DNA of 64,000 bases from Lama glama (lineage: Eukaryota), in contig CM052836.1 of assembly GCA_028534125.1 (NCBI GenBank), positions 868,001 through 932,000 of the forward strand. Reading direction: 5' to 3'. Shown piece after piece: positions 12,601 to 24,739 of this stretch; positions within the stretch are counted from its first letter, which is position 1; the number at the start of each line of letters is the position of its first letter. The position numbers and the translations under genes were made by a program. The notes under the pieces were generated by a model that did no database searches, was not told the DNA's origin, and was given only the letters and a program-made list of their open reading frames with translations.

Positions 12601-14514
12601 GAGGACAGAGGCTCCCGGGGACACCCCGCGCTGGGGCTTCGTGGACACAGGGCGGGAAGGAAGTTTCGGGAGGAGAGGACCCTTGGTCCTGGTAGGCGAG
12701 CAGGCTGCTCAGCAGGTGTGCGGGACGTCTGTGGGGCCGGCCTTGGGGGTGAGCAGGCCGCACGCCAAGCAAGGGTCTGACACCCTGGGCACAGCCCAGT
12801 GGGGCCCACGTCATACCTCGTGCAGCTTCTTGGAGATGTTGTGCGCGTTCAAGGCAAACACGGCTTCCCGGGCGCCCACGTACAAGGTGTCCTTGTCCTC
12901 GCTCAGCAGCAAGGCCGAGTAGTTGAAGATGCCCGGCTCGTGAAACTGCACCAGCGGCACCTCTGGGGGGGGGGGGCAGGTCAGGGGGAAGGAGAGAACA
13001 TTCTGGGTGTTTCTGAGCCTGGACACACCCTGAGCGCCCGGGCTCCTTCCACTGCGCCGTCACGGCCGGGCCGTGCAGGGGTCTGCTGCCCCGGCGGCCG
13101 GAACTCAGGCACCTTCGGGTGGAGCCGACCCCCCGGGCGGCCACCAGGTGTGAGGCCCAGACCCTGCACTGTGGCCTCTCAGGAGCGCGCCCTTCGAGGG
13201 ACACGACCTCCTGGCAGTGTGACCTCCTCGGAGAGCAGCCTCCCAGCAGCAGGACCTCTTCGCGGTGTGACCTGCGACCTCCCAGGAGACTGCAGACCAG
13301 CCCCACGCTGCCGGCCACCGGGCTTCCCTCCGCCTCCCACCAACCCCCTCCGTATGTGTGTTTGACCATCCATGGGTCAGGTTTAGAAAGAACGTAACTG
13401 CTTAGGACTTTCTTATTCAGAAAAAAACCATCTACCTCAACACCTTTAAAATAATCTATTTCAGTGGTTGTGTCTTTCAACCCAACCATTTTTTCAAGGA
13501 CAAACACCCCAAACTTTCAAAACAGAGAAACCAGTGACTTTTCCGCTTAGCAGCTGATTGCATCAAGAGCTGTTTAGGAAAACGAGCGATTTAGGGGTCA
13601 GTGATTCAGGAGTAACGCAAACACATCAACATTATTGCTATTATTATTGGTTTTTCCCGGGGGGGGGAATCAGGTTTATTTATTTATTTTCAGGGGGGTA
13701 CTGGGGGCTGAACCCACAACTTCGTGCAAACTAAGCACACGCTCCACCACGTGAGCTACACCCTCCTCCTCGCCGACACTGTTTCTTTAGAAGATGTCTC
13801 TTCTTTTTGACCATCCCAGCGTCAGCTCTGAACGTGGCTTTCTGCGTATCACCCAAGCTCTGACTTTACTTAAGGGGGAGGTGTCCCCGCTCCCCGCTCT
13901 CCTCAATGTCCAGTGTTGGCGAGAGACGCTCGCAGGACAAAGGTACCACCCGGGCTCTGCGCGGGGCAGCTCAGCCCTGCAAGGCCCCGGACCAGGACCA
14001 GGAGCGGAGCCCTCAGTCCACTGAGCCTGAAAGTCCGGGGCCCCAAGACACAGCTCCCAAGAGAGGAAATAAATAAAACGGAAACTAATAAACGGCAAAC
14101 GAAGACCGCTAGTCTGAAGCTCAACTACACGCAATTCAATGTCCTCGAAGCACGGTCTGCGTCTGGGTGGCGGGCACCAGACATCAGGCACGAGGACGCT
14201 CAGCTTCCTCCCGGGGCCCCCGACTTAAAACCCAAAGCAGCAGGCGGTGCCCCAGCCCCGCGAGGGGCCGCGGCTATCCGGGCATCTCCCAGGAGCGCGG
14301 CGCAGACCCGGCAGAGCCAGCGGCTCCCACGCATCTTGCATCTCGACATCTGAGTGGGGGCCACTCCCTTCAGATGCCGCAGCGCCGCCAGCAGGGCTCT
14401 GCCCTCACCTTGGTGCTCCCAGGTGATCCGAGGTACGGGAGCAAACGCCACCGCTGTCCCAAACACCACGGCAAGGGCGGTGAGCAGCCCCCCGGCGGGG
14501 ACGCACATCCTCAT
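495..14514 (-). CDS. SEMA4D: Semaphorin-4D (CD100), spliced CDS, 3'-partial: join of 11 exons, 1440 nt / 480 aa (signal peptide + most of Sema domain)
   Basis: Spliced translation [71 protein letters not shown]...[24 protein letters not shown]...QTLLLSSKK is recognisably SEMA4D. All junctions are GT-AG with consistent phases. Exon sizes are 106,146,63,99,94,114,146,176,157,223,116. Confidence 0.98.
1382..1604 (-). CDS. SEMA4D: SEMA4D coding exon 10 (223 nt; [32 protein letters not shown]...VMFVST)
   Basis: [15 protein letters not shown] motif; acceptor ctgcag, donor CAG|GTGGGT. Confidence 0.96.
2528..2684 (-). CDS. SEMA4D: SEMA4D coding exon 9 (157 nt; [14 protein letters not shown]...PVPTPQPGA)
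   Basis: SAVCAY motif; acceptor ccaccag, donor GCG|GTGAGC. Confidence 0.97.
2773..2948 (-). CDS. SEMA4D: SEMA4D coding exon 8 (176 nt; [24 protein letters not shown]...VFTPQL)
   Basis: Sema motif [12 protein letters not shown]; acceptor tttcag, donor CT|GTGAGT. Confidence 0.97.
3855..4000 (-). CDS. SEMA4D: SEMA4D coding exon 7 (146 nt; [28 protein letters not shown]...RVARVCK)
   Basis: Sema motifs YFFFTE and RVARVCK; acceptor cctgcag, donor AAG|GTGAGC. Confidence 0.97.
4756..4869 (-). CDS. SEMA4D: SEMA4D coding exon 6 (114 nt; [38 protein letters not shown])
   Basis: Peptide match; acceptor ccgaag, donor G|GTAAGG. Confidence 0.96.
5489..5582 (-). CDS. SEMA4D: SEMA4D coding exon 5 (94 nt; [31 protein letters not shown])
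   Basis: Sema motif GKGRCPFDP; acceptor ttatag, donor G|GTGAGT; not captured in frame by the ORF track. Confidence 0.96.
5770..5890 (+). mobile_element. MIR fragment
   Basis: gagcctcggtttgctcctctgtaagac MIR core-like; similar weak cores near 18500-18600 and 50270-50400. Confidence 0.5.
7860..8173 (-). mobile_element. MLT1A/MST-type MaLR LTR fragment
   Basis: ccttcttgctgcgtcctcacgtgg..gcttcaacatatggatttggggggg..cattcagcccacaaca. Confidence 0.75.
8586..8684 (-). CDS. SEMA4D: SEMA4D coding exon 4 (99 nt; [33 protein letters not shown])
   Basis: Sema motifs CxNYIR and CGTNAF; acceptor ttgtag, donor CTG|GTAAGG. Confidence 0.97.
10263..10325 (-). CDS. SEMA4D: SEMA4D coding exon 3 (63 nt; [21 protein letters not shown])
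   Basis: Acceptor tcctcacag, donor CAG|GTAACT, peptide match. Confidence 0.97.
12230..12560 (+). mobile_element. Old L1 (L1MC/ME-like) 3' fragment
   Basis: tgtttgggatttgcctcacag..gtacagggttcat..ttttctgtaataaa. Confidence 0.55.
12817..12962 (-). CDS. SEMA4D: SEMA4D coding exon 2 (146 nt; [11 protein letters not shown]...ISKKLHE)
   Basis: Acceptor C12-AG at 12964-12963, donor GAG|GTATGA. Confidence 0.97.
13650..13769 (-). mobile_element. tRNA-Ala-derived SINE (vic-1-like, camelid)
   Basis: Reverse complement reads GGAGGGTGTAGCTCACGTGGTGGAGCGTGTGCTTAG..GGGTTCAGCCCCCAGTACC + AATAAATAAATAAACCTGATT tail. Confidence 0.85.
14409..14514 (-). CDS. SEMA4D: SEMA4D coding exon 1 (106 nt; signal peptide, MRMCVPAGG...ITWEHQ)
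   Basis: ATG at 14514-14512, hydrophobic leader, donor G|GTGAGG at 14408. Confidence 0.97.
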
Positions 14515-14768
14515 CGGCTGGGCCGCAGCGGGGATTTCGGCAGCAAACGCCCGTGGGTGGCAGCGCCTGGTGGTGGGTGTCCGGCTGGGTGCTGCTCAGA
14601 GCCCCGGGGCCACGGCCTGCAGCACAGCCGGGAGCTGGGGGGCGGCGCCAGCCCCGAGGACCCGCATTTCTCGGCGCTCTGGGAGAGGGCGGGCTGCTCT
14701 CAGCGCCGCCAGGGTCAAGGGCCGCCCGGCGCTCTCAGTGTGCTGCTTTACGGCCTTCCGAAGAAATT
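14515..14768 (-). other. SEMA4D: 5'UTR portion of the ATG-containing exon
   Basis: Strong polypyrimidine acceptor cttccttctcactttcttccag ending at 14769, 254 nt upstream of the ATG. Confidence 0.8.
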
Positions 14769-16298
14769 CTGGAAGAAAGTGAGAAGGAAGGATGTGTGGT
14801 AATAGCGCCTGCTTTCCGTTTGCCCAACATCCCCCACGGCTCTGCTCTCCCCACACCCCCAGCCACAGGCTCTGTCTGCTGAGGAGCAGAGCGATGGGGA
14901 CACGGGGCCCCGGGGGACAGCCCCACATGGACACAGGCGGAGTTACAGGAGTCGGGGCTTCCCGCTCCTCAGGTCAGCCCGGGATGCAGGACAGACATGG
15001 GGACCCAGGCCAGGGGGACAAGCGCCGGCCTGGCTGCCCAGCTTCCTCCCGTGCGGCCGCCGTGTCCAGCTGGTAATGCGACGGGAAGGAAGGGAATGGA
15101 ACCCGGGTTTCAGTTTCTCTCAGAGACTCCGGCTTCCCAATTCCTGTGATCCTCATCGAGGGCGACAGTCAGAGCTAAAGACCGGAGGAGGGCACAGAGG
15201 CCGAAGCCTACGGGTACACACGCACACGCTCGCCTGCGCAAGCACACGCCTATGCACGCATACAGATACACATACACGCACACGTGTCCTGGTCATGCAA
15301 GAGTAGCTGACCTCCCGCAGGGGACAGGGCCACCCCCAATGGCCTCGCCCCTCCCGCCTCACCCTAAGTGTGCACCCATGGGGACAGTGGTCATGGGCTC
15401 TGCTTTGTCACTGAGAAACACTCGATGGAAAAAACAGCCCTGTGCTGAATACAGCAACTGTGGGGCTGGGGGTCCGCAGGTCTCCGGGCCCCCACACTCT
15501 GCCCTCCAGTCCTGGCCTCCCGCTTGCTCAGCCCCAGGCACCCTCTGCGAGGGTCCCGGTGGGGGGCCACAGGAGAGCCCCGCTCCAGATCAGGGAATCA
15601 GGGCAACTGAGCACTGGGATTTGCCCCAGACCTGAGGCCCCACCAGGATCCCAGTGACACTCTGAGATGGACTGGTTCCCAACTTCTCAGGAGGGAGCTG
15701 AAGCCACAACGCGGCCTAAGCACAGGCAGGACCCTTGCTGACCACTCCTGGGGGTCCAATTAAGTGACGGCAGAAGCCCCCACGCCCTGCAGACGTGCTG
15801 CCCCAGGAGGCCCCATGCGGCGTCCGTGGGCACGCAACCCCTTCCCATCGAGTGCACTCTTGCAGTACGGCGGAGCAGCTGCCTCCCCCTCCCCCCTCCC
15901 CACAGCCCTCTCCCCGCCCCTGCAGGTCCCAGGAGTCGGCCATCCTCACCTCCTCCTCTTCCCTCCACCCCCCGCAAGCCAACCCACCTCCAGGTCTATC
16001 TGTCCAACTGACACCCCCGGGACCCTCCCTCCCGGAACCTTCCCCTTGCGCCCGCCATCACCGTCAGCATCCCTACCACCATCTGTCAGGACGTGTGAGG
16101 GGCAGCCAGCTGCCTCACTTCCTCTCCTGGCTCAGCCTCTCCCCGCGCCCCCCAGCCTGCCACAGGCCAGCATTTGTCCAGCCACCTGCCCTGCTGCTCC
16201 CTGACACCTCGGGCCAAACCTAACCTCCCAAGAGGGTTTGGGGAGAAATTTCGGCTTCCTATTCACCTGGTTCGGTCACTGCCTCCAGGAAGCTCTCC

Positions 16299-16798
16299 NN
16301 NNNNNNNNNNNNNNNNNNNNNNNNNNNNNNNNNNNNNNNNNNNNNNNNNNNNNNNNNNNNNNNNNNNNNNNNNNNNNNNNNNNNNNNNNNNNNNNNNNNN
16401 NNNNNNNNNNNNNNNNNNNNNNNNNNNNNNNNNNNNNNNNNNNNNNNNNNNNNNNNNNNNNNNNNNNNNNNNNNNNNNNNNNNNNNNNNNNNNNNNNNNN
16501 NNNNNNNNNNNNNNNNNNNNNNNNNNNNNNNNNNNNNNNNNNNNNNNNNNNNNNNNNNNNNNNNNNNNNNNNNNNNNNNNNNNNNNNNNNNNNNNNNNNN
16601 NNNNNNNNNNNNNNNNNNNNNNNNNNNNNNNNNNNNNNNNNNNNNNNNNNNNNNNNNNNNNNNNNNNNNNNNNNNNNNNNNNNNNNNNNNNNNNNNNNNN
16701 NNNNNNNNNNNNNNNNNNNNNNNNNNNNNNNNNNNNNNNNNNNNNNNNNNNNNNNNNNNNNNNNNNNNNNNNNNNNNNNNNNNNNNNNNNNNNNNNNN
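16299..16798. other. Assembly gap (500 N)
   Basis: Run of N. Confidence 1.
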
Positions 16799-19700
16799 AG
16801 CCAGAGACTTGCGAGCTCAGAGTCCACCCAGGTGCCGTGCTGGACGGAGGCGGCTGAGAGGGGAGAGCACCACTCCCGCACGCTCTGTGAGGGCGGTGCC
16901 AACAGTGGGGGCGGTGCCAACTCGGAAATCCACGCTAGGAAAAGTCAGGATTAGGGCAATCAGCAAGGTAGCATTAGTTTTAAGAATGCTGGTTGAATAA
17001 AAATGCAAATGACTGTTAATAGGAACTGGACAATAAGAAGGAAACCACACATTCCAGGGCAATCAAGCCATTCAGATGCAAATTTTACCCCAATTTTGGA
17101 AGGATTACAAGCACCCCCATTCACAGCCCTATTTCGATGTTAATTGTAACCTCGGAATTCCTCCTCCAGTTCCCAGCCTGGGCACTCTCCCGCCACCGTC
17201 TCTTTTTACGCAGCCCCTCAACACTGGCACTTTTTCAAGCAGGCACAGCCGAGCTGCTGGCGTGGTTCCGGCCGTCTCCCCCGGGCCAGCCCCCAGGGAC
17301 ATGCCCTGCCCGGTCCTCTGACTCTCACGCACTTGAGTCCTAATGGACAAGGCGCCTGGTGTGCACCTCACTTGACAAAACTACATGTGAACGAAAAACA
17401 CTGCCAGCCACGTAAGTAAACAAAGAACGCTGTGGCCTTCAAGTCATCAGCCGACTCAGGATGCGGACAAGCAGGCAGCCGGGCCTCTGCTGCCCCCCCA
17501 GCGGTGCCCCCTGAGGGGACTCGGGGTGGGAAAGGACAGGACCCTGGCCCTGGCTCGCTAGATGCTTGTCAAAGGAACGATTTCAATGAGCCCAGGCATT
17601 TGCTCCCTCCCATGCACAGAGAAGCACTGAATTCTTCAGCTTGAGATGCCTGCTTTTCTCCAGTTAACAGCAATCGTCTGATGTTCCAACTAGCTGGTTT
17701 TTGTGGTAAAAGCTCCCGTACATCCTGGCTCCTCCCACCTCTTGGGAGCAGTGCCTCAGAGCATCTGAGAGGCTGCCGTCTCGGCTCCAGTCCTCCCGCC
17801 AGAGAAAACATATCTCTCAACTTTCAGGCTGGGCACTTATTTCAGTCAACAAACGTTAGAAGGAAGACCCTGGATGGTAACTACGTCTGCTTCTTTGTGC
17901 AAAACCCCACGGGGCCTTGAAGCCAGTCTTGCAGGTTCCACCCACGCTCGGCCCACTGCCAGCCGCAGGACAGCCCGGCCTGGTGACCCCCTTCCCCCGC
18001 GGCCACACCTGCAGGTGGCAGGGCCCCTGGGGCCCATGCCTTCACCTGCTTCTTACCAAGCACACGTGAAAAGGAGAAACCAAGAGAGCGAAGCAATCCA
18101 GACAACACAGGAAGGCAGCGAACGCCCCTAGCCCCGTGTCCAGCCCCGTGTCCACGTGTGCTGTGACACGTCCACAGGGACCTGAGTCAGCGGCCCAGGC
18201 AGCCCACCAGGGGGGAGCACCCCCCAGCCAGCGGTGCGCCTGCCCCATCGCAGCCTCAGCCCTGGATCCTCGCTGACCAGCGGGACAGACAGATGCACGT
18301 CTCACAGACAAAGTCCTCTGGTCCTCGTGAAGGGTGGCCGGTCACGCAGGCCTCGGTCACTCGGGTCGGGGGAGAGGAGGACACCTGCCTGCTAACTCAA
18401 GCCACTCCCACTCACCTGAGCCCTGAGAACTGGGAAAACAAAACCCCCTCTACACGAATAATAAGAAAATGCTGGGAGGCACCAGGTGCCCAGCCTCACT
18501 GTTCACAGCCCCCTCACCAATGAAACGGGGACGGTGGTACGCCATCCCCATGAGCCAGAGAATTAAACGAGGTCACGCAGGTCAGGCACTCAGAACAGAA
18601 ATCCAACTCCGACCTTTGCACATTCTCCCACCCAGTAGTTTACAAATCCTTCTGGATTTTTCTAGTGGAAACTAACAAGTCGTGCCATCTGGAAAGAAAA
18701 AGAGAAAATGCTGGGCCTCTTGGCAGCAAACCCTAAAGAGCCAAGCCCCTGCCTCCCGGCCCAGCTGGCCTCACCTCTCCGGGGAAGCGCGTGCCAGCCG
18801 GCTCCCTGACCCCACGGAGGGGACAGGGCTCAGGACACGGTGTGGCTCGGCCGCCCCATCCCCATGGGGAGCTCTGCTGCCGAGGGTGCCGGGCCTGCCA
18901 CCGCGGGGTCTCCAGGGCGCAGCCTGGGTGGGGCCCCGGGACAGGCCCCGGGCAGCTGGGCCCCCTTGGGCCACAACAAGGTGCCGTTCAGCCGCTGCAC
19001 AAGGCCCCGCATTGAGCCTCCCTCGGGCCGTGGGACACGCCGGCCCCATTCTGTCCCTTTCAATGGCCGGCTGTGCGCGATGTGGGCCCGCCTGTTCTCC
19101 TGTGTGGGCTCATTCAGCGGCGCAGGGCTGGCTGAGGAGCCCCGGTCCCCGGAGGAGAAAGGCGCCTTAGAGCCGGGCGGGGAGAGAGGAGGGCTCCTGC
19201 CCGGGGCGGGCCCCTCGGTGCCCAGGGGTCACACAGGCCCGGCCACGCGGTCGCCGACGGCCTCAGGGCTCCGGGACGAGGACGGGGGCTGCCCCTCCTC
19301 CAGGCTCTCCTGCAGGGTCCTGGGCAAGCCCCTCGGCCCCTCCGGGTATCAGGGTCCAGCCTTGGAAACAGGGAGAGTCGGAGCATCTGGTCGCGGTGGC
19401 CGTGGTGGTGGTGAGGGCGAACTGGGAGGTGGTGTGAGTGAGACAAACGCGGAAAGCCGTGCGGGCCAAGGGGCGTCTCTTCTGCCTCCTGACACTGCCC
19501 GCCAGTGGGCCTAACCCAGGGACCGTCACTCAGCGTCCGTGAGGGGTGGTGGGGCAGGGGCACCGAGCCGCCCTGCAGGGCCCGAGTCTGACAGCACGGG
19601 CTCAGCCTCCCAGACACGGCCTCCGACCGGCACCCAGCTCCCCAGCCCCAACCTCCCCTCCCCACAGGCAGCAGCACCTGCAGCTCAACGGTTCCCACGT

Positions 19701-22700
19701 GCGATCCAGGCTCTCTGGCCTGGGACGCCGCGGCGCCTGGTGACAGCAGGCGCTAACCCACGTGTGCCATCCACAATGGGCGCGGACTCCCGGTGTCCAC
19801 CTCTGGTTGCACGGTCACTAGGCTGGAGGCCTGGCTGACAGGTCCAGTGATGATGGAAGCTGGGACGTGGCTTGGGCACAGGTGACTGCCACGCACCCTG
19901 AGTGTCTAAGTCTCAGTCATAAGCCGGACAGGGACTGGCCGCACCCACGTGACAGACAGAGGTCCCTGCTCCAGCAGCACAGAAACTTGCTCTGTCCCAG
20001 AGCTCAACCCTGACATCCCTTAAACACAGCAACCCAGGTCCAGCTCCACCCCGCCTGCTGGAACAGCCAGCGCCCAGGCCGCTGCCAGCACCATGCTCTT
20101 CACTCCTTCTAACTGGACGGTTCCTAGCGACCCGCAGAGGCAGTGGGAGGGCGTCAATCTGCGTGAGACGCGGTGAGGTGGTGACAAGGAGCGAGGCAGG
20201 CAGACTCTGCGAGGAGCGGACACACCTGACCCCAGGCACCTGTCCCAGTGACCTCTCGCACCTTCCCCTCCCTCGGAGCCTTGGGTGATGACACCCTGAG
20301 CACTGGGCTTGGAGACAAGAAGGAGGAGGCAGGACGTCCACGGCTGGAGCTCACGTGGGCTCAGTGGGGACGCCCGGGGAGGACTTCCAGAACCTCCTAG
20401 GGCCGCGGGTCGGCTCTCATCAGAAGCCCAAGAAGGTCTGCTTGACGACACGGCCGGTGGAGCGGGTGACTGCGACCTGAGCTACTGACAAAGCTGGGCT
20501 CCTGAAATTAGGGAAGACATTAATCCGTCCCACCTTGAGTTAAAAGCCGCTCCGGTCAAACCGGCATCACGAAAACATTCACCCGTTGTTCACGAGAGAC
20601 AAGGACGCTCTGGCTTTAAAGACACTTGGAGGCAATGCACTGCAGTATTCTTCACACTCATTGACTAGAATTATGTACAACTTGCGTATTTTAAGCTTTT
20701 AGAAAGTCTGCTGTATGCTTCACAATTTTAGGCTGTTTTGATAGATGTATACAATGTGAGCGGTCTGTCCTAAGTAAGACAGTTTCTTTGCGTCCTTTAA
20801 GGTCTGGCTGCCGAGAGTGGAAACCACGCTGGTCTGTAAACCGCCTGTGAAGACAGACAGCTCCGGAGGAAGTCTCCTTAAAGCGGCAGCAGCATTAAAA
20901 GAAACGCCGACACTCGGGGCAACGCTTTTCTTCCGTGATTAAAGCTTTCACCGGAAGAGTAAGGCACCAAACAGAGGCTGAGGGTTTCAAACAGCAGCCC
21001 TTGCCATCCATGAACAATGAGGCGCAACACCTGAACCCATCTCCCTTGCAAAGGTGCTCCTCCAGTCAGCATGAGCTCAGCAGACGGACCTCAAGACCTT
21101 CGCTGCCGCCCCGGACCTCAGGCCCCGGAGGCCCCGACAGGTCAACGCGGTTTACGGCGAAACGCGAGAGAAATGTCTATTTTTAAAACCCCATTTACAG
21201 ATACGTGTACCTTCACCAAAAAGGCAGCAGAGAACCCACCGCACGAATTCCAGCCAAATGAAAACCAGCCGACGCACCTTCAGGCTCACGGCATCTTAGC
21301 ATCAGTTTTAAGCATTAACTCAGCCATGTTTAGCCCACGAGGGCAGCACGTGACAATTCTCCTGTCGGTGCACCTGCAGATGCAGCCTAGGCCCCTCTGG
21401 GTGACATGGCCCTGGTCACTCAGGAAAAAGGAGGCCACGGTGGACAGACCACCACGGGGGCTCTCAGGGGGTCTGTGCAGCGGACTGGCCACGCTGGGGG
21501 CTTCTCAGGGGGAATGCATGGTGGAAGGGCCATCATCCAGTTGAGGGAAACGAGAGTTTCCAGGCAGAGAACCCACAGGTCCTGACTCCACTGCCCAGCG
21601 CATTACGGCCACAACCAGAAGAGACGTGGCCGGAGCACGGACACCAAAAGGCCGCCCCTGGGCTCTGGCCACAGCGCCTGGAGCCAGGCCATGTCAGGAC
21701 GCCCGGCCATGAAGAGGGGCGCAGGCAGCCCAGAGGCGGGGGGGTGGGGGTGGGAGGGCACCACACCCACCCCCCAGCCCCGCAGGCTCCTTCTCCCAGA
21801 CGGCCCCCTCGGCCGACTCGCAGTCCTGGCTGCTTCCTGCACGCACGACCCCTGGGTCCCTCTCGCCACTTCAGCCTCGACACCAGCCCAGCGCTTCCTG
21901 TTTCCACTGCAATCCCGTCCAACCGTGCAGCGCAGCACCGGGCCCCACGGCCAGGACAGCGGGCTGGGGTCTGGCCGGGGGTGCTGGCCGTGCCCACCCG
22001 CACAGGGGGCCATCACCCGGGACGGCAGGGAGGAGGCGGCTGCGGGGTGACCGAGGTGCCGCCCGCGGCACTCGGCCCACGGCTGTTTCAATGCCTCTCT
22101 TTCCCACTGGACACGCAGCTCACCTGGCACCTCACTGACGCCCCCTCCCCGGCCAGGGCACCAGGAGCCTGTCACGTGTCCTCCCCACCCGTGCTGACCA
22201 CCGCCTCTGGGCTCTGACTGACGCGGATGGAGTGGCTCCACGCTTCCAAATTCCTGGTGTCTGTTAAATGTGAACGTGTCTGCAAGGAACACTGTCCATC
22301 TCGCGGGCCACAGCAGCGCGTGAGGAATTACAAGGATGCCAAGTGCCTGCCGAATCCCAGAGGAGTGGGGCGCTTGCAGCAGGGTGGGGACAGGGGCCAG
22401 CATGACCTGCAACATCAGAAGCAGCTGCCTGGCCAGGGCACCTACTCTGCTGGCTGGAAGACAGAGTCCAAGGTAAAATTTGGGAAGACAAATGATTTTC
22501 ACATCCGCAGGCTTTCCACATCACAACCTAGCAGCTGGCAAGGAATCAGCACTGCCCCCACCCCCCCAAGCTCTCCTGTCAAAACCCACTCATGGGGGGC
22601 TATGGCCCATGAAGGCCCGGCACGGCCTGGTCCTCAGCCCGCCCTCTCACCGCTTCCCAGTAAAGGGAGCAGGTCAGACCACCAGGCACGGACCCTGGGT

Positions 22701-24739
22701 CAGTGCTGGGACCTGGTCCACGTGCACCAGGGCACACCCAGCCCGCAGTCTGCTAGGACCGTCTGCAAACCCCAGCTGACACAAGACCAAGCACAGCCTG
22801 TCACAAGCAGCCGAACCCCACGTCTAGAGGACCTGCGTCACCCAGGAGGAACACGCCTCACCGTGGGCAGACCCCTCCCCTGCGGCAGCACCAGCTGCTC
22901 CCCGTCCTCCGCCCTCCTCCCCACCTGGCCTGCTCCCCAACCTCCTCCCCCAGGGAGGCTCCCAGTTCACGGTCCACGGACCGCAGAGCAGACATGTGCG
23001 GTCCGGCTATTCCTGCAGGGCCTCCAGTCAAACAGGTGTCTGGGGACCAAACGAGCCTGCCCTGCAGAACGCATCCCGAATCCCACCCGCCCATGGCTGC
23101 CACCCGTGAAGCCGGCTGGGCTGCCAGCAGCCACCCGAGGAGGACTCTGCGGGGCACAGAGTGACAGGACGGCCCCGTGCCTGCGGCACCCATGCCCACC
23201 TCCTCTGGCCCAGCTTCCTCATGTGAGTCTGTCAGCGGTCAGTCCTGTGTGGGGTGAGGTGCACGGAGCTCAAGGCACAGCCCCACCTGCCGTGCGGGGG
23301 CGGGGCCGGTCCAGCTCGGGCAGCACAGTGGAAACCTGGGCACAGAGGGCATGTGGGGGAGCACAGGGGGCTTCTGGGGAGCCAGAAGGCATCTGGGGGA
23401 CATAGGGCGCTGCTGCCCAGAGGGCCTGAATCAGCGCCCAGGTGTGAGCGCCTGAGGGCAGCCATCAGACACGGGGTGCCTGGTGCGCAGGCCAAGGGCA
23501 CATGCACCCTGCCGTGTGCAAAGCCATGCGAAGACCCACGCCCCGGCAAGTCCTCGACACAACGGCAGAGCCAGCGCAACGTGCTGTCTTTTCAGTACCC
23601 CCATGATAAGCTTGTTCTCTGTTCAGCGCCTTCCTCCTTGGACGCCACTACTTCACCTGCTGAAAAATCTTCCCAAATTCCGCATGCACAGAGGAGTCAT
23701 TTTACCTAACATGATGGTCTTGGGGTCCTTTTTCACCTCACTCCTCCCTCCAGCCTCCACCAGACCTTCCTGCCCCCGGCTCCCTCATCCATCCACCCAA
23801 ATCTTCCTCTGCCCCGGAGCCACGAGACACACGTAAATGTGGACACCAAATACACTCCCCATACAGCTGCCACCCACGTGATGCTGGCATGTGGAAGACA
23901 AACGGGTCAGTGGGACGGAATGGAGGACCGCTGCAGGGAGGAGCCAGCTGACACAAGACCACAGCACAGCACAGAGCTGAAGTTCAAGCCATTGGTCAAG
24001 GCGTGGACTGCCGAAGAGCGGGCTCCAGCACGCTGGAAGGAAATTAGCCCAGACGCCCCCTTTCTCAGGCACCTTCCTCCACGAAGCACAAGCATTTCAG
24101 ACATGCTCAAGAGCAGAATTCGTACGCGAAACAGTAAAACGTCTGCAGGAAATCAAGAGACAGCCATGGAACCTCCCTAACAAACAGGGCTCCCTAGAAG
24201 TCACAGACGAGAAGAGAGATTTAATCCCGAGCGCAGATGGCACGTTCATAAACGTAATTAGCCAATAACATCTGGGAATAAAGGCTTTCAAGGCAGAAGA
24301 GGATCAACATCTGGCACAAATGAGCAGCCCCTCAGATGGACGAGGGAGGGAGAGACAGCCTGCGAGCGGCACGGGCACAGAGCACAAACGGGCAATTCAC
24401 AGACGGAGCAGAGCAAACCGCGGGGCGCCGAGCACAGACGCCGCACTCACCAGATGCAAGAGGACACAGGTCAGAGCCGCAGCCCCGCCCTCTCAGATCC
24501 CAACACCAGAAGGATGCTCGCGCCCACTGCCGGGAGCGTGCGGGGTCAGGGCACGCACACGTCCCGACAGGGAAGAGAGGCGGGCTGCCCGATCTGCTTT
24601 GGAAAGTGATCCGGCACGATCTACAGGACAATGAGACACACACCCTGACCAGCAGGGCCACTCCCTGAAGTCCACGCCTGAATGACAGCCCCGTGTGTGT
24701 GGCCGGGGTATTTACGGTAGCACTGTTGACACCGGCTGT

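Noticed and set aside
12494-13507. 337-aa minus-strand ORF over coding exon 2
   Set aside because: It crosses the exon in the wrong frame, and the rest is intronic with no homology I recognise.
16174-16954. ORFs of 214-238 aa
   Set aside because: They run through the 500-N gap.
22227-23405. 392-aa plus-strand ORF
   Set aside because: Pro/Gly/Ala/Arg-rich with no recognisable domain; expected by chance in GC-rich intron sequence.
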